Shown here piece after piece: positions 31,156 to 38,690 of a stretch of 43,329 nucleotides of DNA. The notes beneath the pieces are model-generated. The model saw only the letters and a program-made list of their open reading frames with translations. It was not told the origin of the DNA and ran no database searches. Both the position numbers and the translations under genes were made by a program. Origin of the DNA: a virus; IMG/VR virus record IMGVR_UViG_3300009156_000012; one strand, written 5' to 3'. Each line of letters begins with the position of its first letter. The first letter of the stretch is position 1.

Positions 31156-31190
31156 GTTAAATCAGGTTTTAACTCGTGTGGCAAGGCCTT
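31156..31190 (-). promoter_or_regulatory. Class I sigma-70-like promoter candidate
   Basis: Minus strand reads AAGGCC-TTGCCA-N17-TTTAAC. It aligns almost position-for-position with 33117-33151, including the downstream ACCGGCTG. Confidence 0.5.
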
Positions 31191-31479
31191 TCTTTTTCTC
31201 CTTGATCATGAACTTGCGCCAGTCCCGCCCGACGATTGACCAGCCGGTTGGCGCCAGTCTGGCGTTGATCTGGTTGACGTGGACATTGAGCGTGCGCAGG
31301 CGCCGCTCGGGCGCCCCGCCAATCCCGCACATCTCGATCAGGCTGGTGCTGGTGACACCATCGGCGCCGCCAAGATTGATCAGATCGAAGATGCGCGCCT
31401 TGAGCGGTGACAGCTCGACGCCCATGCGCTTCGGCTTCAGCAGCTGGCCGCAGACGCGACAGTGCGTTCGATCTTTCAT
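31162..31479 (-). CDS. OmpR/PhoB-type winged-helix DNA-binding protein with N-terminal CxxC (105 aa)
   Basis: LSPLKARIFDLINLGGADGVTSTSLIEMC...RTLNVHVNQINARLAPTGWSI resembles the trans_reg_C pattern. ATGA overlap with the upstream gene. Confidence 0.5.
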   Translation of the reverse strand: MKDRTHCRVCGQLLKPKRMGVELSPLKARIFDLINLGGADGVTSTSLIEMCGIGGAPERRLRTLNVHVNQINARLAPTGWSIVGRDWRKFMIKEKKKGLATRVKT

Positions 31480-32435
31480 TTGGAAACCTCCCGCTCGGTG
31501 AACGTGACGCCGATGCTCGGGTCACCGCGATAGTGCGGCTCGATCCACGTCGTGTGCGGATTGTCACCGTGCAGGTAATGGCGGAAGTGCCCCATCACCT
31601 TGTGATAGCGGCGGTGCTGGATCGCGCGCTCGCTGTCCAGATCGCCGATGCTGGTGAGCTTGCGCCCGCTCAGCTGCGCGTGGCTGTAGACCTTGCGCGT
31701 GCCGCCGATGCGCACCTTGAGCCGCCGGTACTCGAACAGCGGAGGCTTGCCCGCCGCCGCGCGCGAGCGCTGCAGCTTCGCGCTCGGCTGCACCTGCACC
31801 TCTTCGAGCACCTTCGGCTGCGTCACGAGGAACGAGGCGAACAGCATGTCCATCACGCAATTGTACAGTCCGTCAGTCATATCGAGGGCTGCTGGCGTGT
31901 TCATCTTGCCCTTTGTGGCCAGCTGGAAATCGTCGAACGCCCATTCGAGATCGAAGGCGAGGCATTCACTCCTGTCGCTCGGCCATATTCCAACCGGCGG
32001 CCAATTGACGAACTGGACCACGTAGACCAGCGAGGCGTGGATTTCGCCGTCGCCCTTCGGGATGCCAGCGGCGATGTACACCCACGTCGATCCTCCCCGC
32101 TTCTCGAACAGCGCGCCCCAGTACCAAGCGCCCCCGTCATCGGGATCGCTCATGTCAGTGGCGACGGTGCGGTACTCCACCCAATAGCAGTCGAACGGCA
32201 GCTTCATCGTGCGCACCATGCTGGCGCGATCGATCTGCCTGTTCTCCTCAAGCTCCATGCTCAGTGACGGGATGTCGTCGAGATAGACGATGCGCTCTGC
32301 CACCCGGTGCAGCATCTCGATCGAGAGATGCTTGGTCAGCTCCGGGCTCGGCACGGTCAGCAGGCTCGCCACATGCCCGTCATATGGTGTGTGCTTCAGG
32401 CGCCGATGCAGGAAGGCCTCCGCGAGCTTGGTCAT
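31476..32435 (-). CDS. Hypothetical protein (319 aa)
   Basis: Long clean ORF, coupled at both ends. No motif recognised. Confidence 0.7.
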   Translation of the reverse strand: MTKLAEAFLHRRLKHTPYDGHVASLLTVPSPELTKHLSIEMLHRVAERIVYLDDIPSLSMELEENRQIDRASMVRTMKLPFDCYWVEYRTVATDMSDPDDGGAWYWGALFEKRGGSTWVYIAAGIPKGDGEIHASLVYVVQFVNWPPVGIWPSDRSECLAFDLEWAFDDFQLATKGKMNTPAALDMTDGLYNCVMDMLFASFLVTQPKVLEEVQVQPSAKLQRSRAAAGKPPLFEYRRLKVRIGGTRKVYSHAQLSGRKLTSIGDLDSERAIQHRRYHKVMGHFRHYLHGDNPHTTWIEPHYRGDPSIGVTFTEREVSK

Positions 32436-32752
32436 GCGTCACCCGCAGGCGTGACGGGCGTCAGCTTGCCTTCCTCACTGATGCTGTAGTTGACCGGATC
32501 GTCGCTCTCGGTCGCGCGCCAGTCGCGCACCGACGTCCAGCGCATCGACAGGTCCATCGCGCTGAGTTCGGCCTCGCGCTGGGTGGCGAAGCGCAGCGCG
32601 TTGCCGTACCATTTGCCAGTGTCGTCGGTGATCACTTCGGGTTTCCAGCTCATTGACCTTTCCTTTCCTGTGCTGAGCCCGACACCGTTGCAATCGTGCG
32701 GGCAATCAAATCGAGGGAGTTCCCAACCGCAGCGTGTGCAGCGCTTGCTCAT
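32432..32752 (-). CDS. Hypothetical protein with N-terminal Cys cluster (106 aa)
   Basis: ATGA overlaps at both ends. Sequence CTRCGWELPRFDCPHDC. Confidence 0.6.
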   Translation of the reverse strand: MSKRCTRCGWELPRFDCPHDCNGVGLSTGKERSMSWKPEVITDDTGKWYGNALRFATQREAELSAMDLSMRWTSVRDWRATESDDPVNYSISEEGKLTPVTPAGDA

Positions 32753-33078
32753 GCCTCACCTCCGCAGAACTCCTTGAACAGCTCGCGCTTGGAGAGGCCG
32801 AGATCCTCCCAGACGCCACGCGGCGCGGGCGTCGTCTTCTCGGCACGACGCACCACCTTGATGATCTGGTAGAACTCAACCCAGCGCTGGGAGAACAGGT
32901 CGCGCCGGTCCTCGTAGGCCTTGAGCTTGTCGGCGCTCGACAGCCGCCAGTCGTAGGCGCCCAGCTCGCGCTTGGCCTGCTCGGCCTTGCCCGCGTAGTG
33001 CAGCGCGGCGACGTTGATGCAGTCGAACAGGTCTTCGGCCTGCTCGCGGGTCAGCTCGATGGCGATCTTGTCAGTCAT
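32749..33078 (-). CDS. Hypothetical protein, first gene of the leftward arm (109 aa)
   Basis: ATG at 33078 is preceded by GGAGG plus 5 nt. The track start at 33114 has no RBS. Confidence 0.6.
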   Translation of the reverse strand: MTDKIAIELTREQAEDLFDCINVAALHYAGKAEQAKRELGAYDWRLSSADKLKAYEDRRDLFSQRWVEFYQIIKVVRRAEKTTPAPRGVWEDLGLSKRELFKEFCGGEA

Positions 33079-33116
33079 GGAAACCTCCGGGTTGCCGGGC
33101 TCAGCCGGTGTCAAGA

Positions 33117-33151
33117 GTTAAAACATGCATTAACAAGGAGTGCAAGGCCTT
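33117..33151 (-). promoter_or_regulatory. Class I sigma-70-like leftward early promoter candidate
   Basis: Minus strand reads AAGGCC-TTGCAC-N17-TTTAAC. Lies in the divergent intergenic region. Confidence 0.5.
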
Positions 33152-33156
33152 TTTTC

Positions 33157-33191
33157 AAGGCCTTTATTTTTCCGCTTGCAAATCATTTGAG
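33157..33191 (+). promoter_or_regulatory. Possible rightward early promoter, back-to-back with the leftward one
   Basis: Plus strand reads AAGGCC-TTTATT-N17-TTTGAG. Same spacing logic as class I but weaker hexamers. Confidence 0.3.
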
Positions 33192-33264
33192 CCGGGCGCA
33201 GCCTGAGTGTTCCGGACGACCATGCGAGCGTGCATGGCGCCGGTCACCGCCCAAGGAGGGCATC

Positions 33265-34134
33265 ATGGCAAAGAAGTACGTCCCCGCAGAAATGCGCCAA
33301 GCAGCCGCGAAGAAAGCCGCCGCGCCCGAGAAGTCAGTCCCGGTCCCCGAGAAGTCCGGTCTCCCTCTCCCTCTCCCCGCCACCGCGATCACCGCATTCG
33401 ACGTTGCCGACACCGGCTACGAGAACGTCGGTGCCTACGATCTGCTGATCCCGCGCCTGACCATCCTGCAAGGCCTTTCGCCACAGGTCACCAAGGGCAA
33501 GCCGGAATTCGACGAGGATGCCCGCGTCGGCAACATTTATGATGTCGGGCTGCAGGAGAACTTTGGCGACAGCCTGCACTTCCTGCCCGTCTACTACACC
33601 AAGGTCTGGCTTGAATGGGCACCACGATCGAGCGGCAAGGGTCTCGTCAAGATGCACGAGACGAGCGAGATCCTCGTCCAGACGACGGTGGACCAGAACG
33701 GACGGCAGGCGCTGAAGAACGGCAATTACATCGTCGATACCGCGCAGTTCTTCGGCTTCAACCTCGATGCCCGGATGCGCCGCTCGTTCATCCCGATGTC
33801 GAGCACGCAGATGAAGAAGGCAAAGCGCCTGCTCACGCTGGCTACAGCTGAGGAGGTTGTGCGTCCGAACGGCACCACGTTCACGCCGCCGATCTACTTC
33901 CGCACCTACCGGCTCGGCACTGTCCCTGAGAGCAATGCCGAAGGATCGTGGGTTGGGTGGAAGATCGAACGTGACGTCGCACTGCACGAGCTGCCCGACT
34001 GGGAGCGCATCCGCGAGATGGCGGTGTCGTTCCGCAACTCGCTCACGGTTGGCAGGGTGAAGGGTGACATGCGTGACCTTGAGAGCGAGCATCCGGCGCA
34101 GCGTGCGCACAACGCGCAGGGTGAAGCGCTATGA
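33265..34134 (+). CDS. Hypothetical protein, first gene of the rightward replication arm (289 aa)
   Basis: AAGGAGG RBS before ATG 33265. Beta-rich. No family recognised; a recombination or ssDNA-binding role is only a positional guess. Confidence 0.7.
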   Translation: MAKKYVPAEMRQAAAKKAAAPEKSVPVPEKSGLPLPLPATAITAFDVADTGYENVGAYDLLIPRLTILQGLSPQVTKGKPEFDEDARVGNIYDVGLQENFGDSLHFLPVYYTKVWLEWAPRSSGKGLVKMHETSEILVQTTVDQNGRQALKNGNYIVDTAQFFGFNLDARMRRSFIPMSSTQMKKAKRLLTLATAEEVVRPNGTTFTPPIYFRTYRLGTVPESNAEGSWVGWKIERDVALHELPDWERIREMAVSFRNSLTVGRVKGDMRDLESEHPAQRAHNAQGEAL

Positions 34135-34688
34135 GCGACATCGTCAAGGCGTTCGACGTCGAGCCGATGTCCGGCAAGGAGGTCCTTGCCGAGATCGTCG
34201 CCAAGGCAGAGCGTGCCGTCATCCTCGAACGGCGCATCATCGATCGCGAGGAAGAGCTGAACATCCTGCGCAAAGAGTTGAATGATCTGCGCTTCTCGCA
34301 GATCCCCGACGCCATGGCGGAAGCAGGCCTGACGTCCTTCGCGCTCAAGGACGGCTCGAAGGTGAAGGTCGAGGACTACGTGCAGGGCTCGCTGCCGAAG
34401 GACGTTGCCCTGCGCGCTGCCGCGATCGTCGTGCTCGAAACTCACGACGGCGCAGCCCTGATCAAGAACCAGATCATGGTGCCGTTCGAGAAGAAGGAGC
34501 ACAACAAGGCGATCAGTCTTGCACGCGAGCTGCAGGATCGCGGCCTGCAGGTCTCGGTCACGCAGGACGTGCATGCGCAGACCCTGCAGGCGTTCGTGCG
34601 CGAGAAGCTGCGTGCAGGCGAGCAGCTCCCGTGGGAGAAGCTCGGCATCTTCGTCGGCAGGCGCGCCAAGATCACGCCAGCCGAATAA
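34131..34688 (+). CDS. Hypothetical coiled-coil protein (185 aa)
   Basis: ATGA overlap with the upstream gene. N-terminal heptad region. Confidence 0.7.
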   Translation: MSDIVKAFDVEPMSGKEVLAEIVAKAERAVILERRIIDREEELNILRKELNDLRFSQIPDAMAEAGLTSFALKDGSKVKVEDYVQGSLPKDVALRAAAIVVLETHDGAALIKNQIMVPFEKKEHNKAISLARELQDRGLQVSVTQDVHAQTLQAFVREKLRAGEQLPWEKLGIFVGRRAKITPAE

Positions 34689-34987
34689 GGTTCGTGGCGC
34701 GGACAAGCGCGGGCTCGACGGCAAGCGAGGATAAACCCGGGTGGCACGCAAGCCGGTCGCCACCCCACGATCCAGCAGTTACCGCAGCGGGGAGGTACTC
34801 CGGATGCGGCTGGACCAGCGCCGGGCAAGGCAGCCCTAAATAATGGTTCGATGCGCGAATGCGGGATACGCCACTGATCATAGGTCCCGCCAAGCGTTAA
34901 AAGTCCGGTCCCCGCTGCGGTGAGGCGTTCATACCGGACAAATCGGATCATCCCGGCATTCTTAAAACCCCAACCAATGGAGAACCG
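34689..34987 (+). other. 299-nt non-coding, highly structured spacer (ncRNA or origin candidate)
   Basis: No credible ORF on either strand. Several stems seen: 34739-45/34759-65, 34783-94/34908-19, 34861-66/34885-90, 34903-08/34934-39. Confidence 0.4.
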
Positions 34988-35521
34988 ATGAAACATCTCA
35001 TCTTCGACACCGAGACAACGGACCTGCTGGCCAGCAGCTCAATGTCGATCGAGCGCAAGCCGCACGTGATCGAGTTCGCCGCGATCCTGTGGAACGACCA
35101 GACCGGCGACGAGCAGGAGTTCGACTGGCTGTTCAATCCGGGCACCCCGATCAAGCCGAAGGCTGCGGAGGTGACGCGCATCACCGATGACATGGTGAAG
35201 GATGAGCCGTCCTTTTCCCACAGGGCGCCAGCGATCCGCGCGCTGCTCGTGCTCGCCGACGTCGTCGTAGCGCATAATCTGTTCTTCGACATGCATATGC
35301 TCGCGTGCGAGTTCAGGCGCGCCGACACGGCAGACGTCAAGTGGCCGAAGGGCATCTGCACGGTCGAGGCGACCGAGCACATTCTTGGGCGGCGCATGAA
35401 GCTCGCCGAGCTGCACCGCTACCTGTTCGCGGAGGACTTCCACGGCGCGCACCGCGCCATGGTGGACGTGCGCGCACTGCTGCGCTGCTATCGCGAGCTG
35501 ATCAAGAGGGGCGAGCTATGA
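34988..35521 (+). CDS. dnaQ: DnaQ-like DEDDh 3'-5' exonuclease (177 aa)
   Basis: Exo I FDTETTD, Exo II VVAHNLFFDMHML, Exo III HRAMVDVRAL. Confidence 0.85.
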   Translation: MKHLIFDTETTDLLASSSMSIERKPHVIEFAAILWNDQTGDEQEFDWLFNPGTPIKPKAAEVTRITDDMVKDEPSFSHRAPAIRALLVLADVVVAHNLFFDMHMLACEFRRADTADVKWPKGICTVEATEHILGRRMKLAELHRYLFAEDFHGAHRAMVDVRALLRCYRELIKRGEL

Positions 35522-35533
35522 TGGAGAACAGGA

Positions 35534-35707
35534 ATGGCAATCGCACTTGAACCAAAGCAGAAGCTGATCGCGGCCTATGCACATCTGTGTCGCAACGTGC
35601 CGCAGGACGTGCTTGCCTCGATCATGGAGGTGAACCAAGCCCGCATCAATGAGGCGGTGCAGGCTGCCCGTCTGGCATTCGAGTTTCCCTCGAAGGAAAC
35701 CCCATGA
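35534..35707 (+). CDS. 57-aa helical hypothetical protein
   Basis: GGAG lies 7 nt before ATG 35534. ATGA overlap with the next gene. Hand translation begins MAIALEPKQKLIAAYAHLCRNVPQDVLASIMEVNQARINEAV... Confidence 0.45.
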   Translation: MAIALEPKQKLIAAYAHLCRNVPQDVLASIMEVNQARINEAVQAARLAFEFPSKETP

Positions 35708-35898
35708 GCATCGAGCGCAACAGGAACAGGGAAACCGTCACGATCATCTGTGACACGTGCGGCGAGGAATATCCCGGCGAGGCCGGTCAGGAATTCGGCG
35801 AGGTATGGAACATGGCCAAGCGCGACGGTTGGCGCGTGCGCAAGATCGCAGGCGAGTGGATGCACGGCTGTCCCAAGCCGCGCTGCGTGCCGACATGA
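35704..35898 (+). CDS. Small Cys-containing hypothetical protein (64 aa)
   Basis: CDTCG...HGCPKPRC. Coupled at both ends. Confidence 0.55.
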   Translation: MSIERNRNRETVTIICDTCGEEYPGEAGQEFGEVWNMAKRDGWRVRKIAGEWMHGCPKPRCVPT

Positions 35899-38690
35899 GC
35901 GCACGCATCCGCACCGGCTACTCGTTCCGCAAGGCGGCAGGCCACCTCACCGCCGTCGCTGCCGTGCTCAAGGAGCAGGGCCGCACGCACGCGCCGATTA
36001 CCGACACGGCATCCACCTATGGGTGGGTGCAGTGGGATCGCATCGTGCGTGCCTCCGGGATGAAACCCTGCTTCGGTGTCGAGCTGGCCGTCTCGCACGA
36101 CATCAAGGCGAAGCGGCCGACAGTTGACTACTGGACTTTCCTCGCGCGAGATGATCTGCGGCCACTGCACGAGATCATCGGCGTAGCAACCGAGCAGTTC
36201 CGCTATGAACCGCTGCTGACCGTCGAGCAGGCGACAAGTGCCGCGTCCGCTCTCAACGTCATCATGGGGCATCGGAGTGCGGTCGCGGACATCGAGCCGC
36301 GACCGCATCTCTGGTTCGGTGTCGGCCCGGCGATCAGCATCGGGCAGATCCGCCGCGTGCTCAAGACCGCGCACCGCTTCGTCGCCGTCAGTGACAACCG
36401 CTTCCCGCGCGAGGGCGAGCGTTCGCTCTACGAGCTTGCCTGCGGCAGGCGCAGCGACACGCAGAGCTATCCGCAGTGGATCCTGAGCGATGATGAGTGG
36501 CGCATCAACATTGCAAACCATCTCGAAGAATTCAGCGGTGTTGCCTTCAGCGAGATCGCGCTCGACAACCGCGATGAGATCCTCGAAGCGTCCACCGCAA
36601 CGTTGCAGCGTGCCGAGATGGCGCATCCGGATCGTCCTTATGGACTGCTCGAAATGTGCCAGCTGGGAGCGCAGCGGCTCGGTATCGATCTCGGCCGTCA
36701 GCCCTACGCAGCACGTCTGCGGCGCGAGCTGGAGCTGATCGTTGCCAAGAAGTTCGAGGACTACTTCTACATGGTCGCCGACATCGTCAACGTCGCGCGA
36801 TCGAGCATGATGGTCGGGCCTGCGCGCGGATCGTCGTGCGGCTCGCTGGTCTGCTACCTGCTCGGCATCACATCGGTCGATCCGATCCCGTTCGGCCTGC
36901 TGTTCGAGCGCTTCATCGACGTCAATCGCGCCGACTTGCCCGACATCGACATCGACTTTTCCGAGCAGCACCGCGAGGTCATCTTCCGCTATGTGCGCGA
37001 CAAGTACGGCGCGCACCGGGTGGCGCGGCTCGGCACCGTCAACCTGTTTCAGGCGCGCTCCGCGCTGAAGGCCGCAGCGCTCGCGCTCGACATTCCGCCA
37101 TGGAGCATCGCAAGTGTTGCCGATCAGGCGGAAGCCGTCGGCATCGAGCAGGCGCTCAAGGGTCACCTGCTCGCGCGCACCTATCCCGAGCTTGCGCTCG
37201 CTGCCAAGCTCGAAGGCCACCCGAGCCATGCTGGCCAGCATCCGGCAGGCATCGTGATCACGGCAGGCGCCGTCTCCGACGTCGTGGCGATCGATCGCCG
37301 TACCGGCGCGACGATGTGCGATTACCGCGATGCCGAAGCGCTCAACCTGCTCAAGATCGACATGCTCGGCCTCACCCAGCTCTCGGTGTTCGAGGATGCG
37401 CTAGAGCTGGCCAATCTCGATCCCAAGGCGCTCGGCCAGCTCAATCCCTACAACGACCAGAAGGCACTGCACGTCATCAACAGCAGGCGCTATGCGGGCA
37501 TCTTCCAGTTCAACGGGCAGGCCCAGCAGAACCTTGCCAACCAGATCACCATCACGTCGATCGACGACATCGTGGCACTGACCGCGCTTGCCCGGCCCGG
37601 CCCGCTCGACAGCGGCGAGGCGCAGCGCTGGGTGCGCATCAGGCTCAACAAGGAGGCGCCGAGCTACATTCAGGAGTTATTCGAACCGATCCTGAAGCCG
37701 ACGCTGGGCGTCGTGATCTATCAGGAACAGATCATGCAGATCTGTCGCGCTGTTGGCATGAGCTGGGAGGACGTATCGTCGATGCGGCGCCTGATCAGCA
37801 AGAGTGCTGGCCCGGAAGCGCTCGACGCACATCGTGTCGTGTTCATTGGCAATGGCCTGAAAGCTGGCCTTCATCAGCTTGCTCTGGAGAATATGTGGGA
37901 CGTGCTGCGCGCTTCCGGCGCCTACTCGTTCAACAAGTCCCACGCGGTCGCCTACGGCATCATCTCCTACTGGTGCTGCTGGCTGAAGGCACACTATCCG
38001 CTGGAGTTTGCCGCAGCGACCTTGTCGCACGCCAGCGACGACACGCAGATCAAGCTGCTGCGCGAGCTGGAACGCGAAGGCATCGGATACGTCCCGGCCG
38101 ACAAGAATGTGTCGATCGACAAGTGGACGGTGGGGAACGTGAACGGACAGCGCAAGCTGGTAGGTCCGCTCTCGAACATCATCGGCATTGGACCGAAGCA
38201 TCAGGCCGCGATATTGTCGGCGCGTTCGCGCCCGATGGAGAAGCTTCCCGATCGCATCGGCAAGCTGCTGGCCAGCCCGCGCACCAAGATCGACAACCTG
38301 TATCCGGTGCGTACCGAGATCAACCGGCTCATGCCGGATCCAAAGAAGCTCAACATCACTTCGCATCCGATCGAGATCTCGAAGGTTCAGACCAACGGTG
38401 AGAAGCAGCTCGTGCTGGTTTTCGGTCGCGTCGATGAGCTGCGCGAGAAGATCGTCGATGGCATTCATTCGCTCAACCTGTGGATCGAGGACGACAGCGA
38501 TCGCATCTTCGCCAAGGTCGGGCGCTACGACTTCGATCAAATCGGAAAAGAGATCATGCAGCATGGCGAGGGCTACTATGCCCTCAAGGGCACCGTGCCC
38601 GCAGGCTTCCGCATGATCTGGATCGAGGGATATCGTTTCATCGGGGCAGGTCATGGAAAACAAGCCGACAAAAATCCAGACGCTGAATGA
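35895..38690 (+). CDS. dnaE: DNA polymerase III alpha subunit (DnaE-type C-family replicase, 931 aa)
   Basis: GPARGSSCGSLVCYLLGITSVDPIPFGLLFERFIDVNRADLPDIDIDF closely parallels the E. coli DnaE palm motif. Also HPAGIVIT and LKIDMLGL. Start ATG 35895 forms ATGA with the upstream stop. Confidence 0.9.
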   Translation: MSARIRTGYSFRKAAGHLTAVAAVLKEQGRTHAPITDTASTYGWVQWDRIVRASGMKPCFGVELAVSHDIKAKRPTVDYWTFLARDDLRPLHEIIGVATEQFRYEPLLTVEQATSAASALNVIMGHRSAVADIEPRPHLWFGVGPAISIGQIRRVLKTAHRFVAVSDNRFPREGERSLYELACGRRSDTQSYPQWILSDDEWRINIANHLEEFSGVAFSEIALDNRDEILEASTATLQRAEMAHPDRPYGLLEMCQLGAQRLGIDLGRQPYAARLRRELELIVAKKFEDYFYMVADIVNVARSSMMVGPARGSSCGSLVCYLLGITSVDPIPFGLLFERFIDVNRADLPDIDIDFSEQHREVIFRYVRDKYGAHRVARLGTVNLFQARSALKAAALALDIPPWSIASVADQAEAVGIEQALKGHLLARTYPELALAAKLEGHPSHAGQHPAGIVITAGAVSDVVAIDRRTGATMCDYRDAEALNLLKIDMLGLTQLSVFEDALELANLDPKALGQLNPYNDQKALHVINSRRYAGIFQFNGQAQQNLANQITITSIDDIVALTALARPGPLDSGEAQRWVRIRLNKEAPSYIQELFEPILKPTLGVVIYQEQIMQICRAVGMSWEDVSSMRRLISKSAGPEALDAHRVVFIGNGLKAGLHQLALENMWDVLRASGAYSFNKSHAVAYGIISYWCCWLKAHYPLEFAAATLSHASDDTQIKLLRELEREGIGYVPADKNVSIDKWTVGNVNGQRKLVGPLSNIIGIGPKHQAAILSARSRPMEKLPDRIGKLLASPRTKIDNLYPVRTEINRLMPDPKKLNITSHPIEISKVQTNGEKQLVLVFGRVDELREKIVDGIHSLNLWIEDDSDRIFAKVGRYDFDQIGKEIMQHGEGYYALKGTVPAGFRMIWIEGYRFIGAGHGKQADKNPDAE

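Noticed and set aside
34841-34865. tRNA-like GGTTCGA T-loop sequence in the 299-nt spacer
   Set aside because: The flanking bases cannot form a 5-bp T-stem (AATGG versus CGCGA), and no acceptor, D or anticodon arms could be drawn. The same holds for GGTTCGTGG at 34689.
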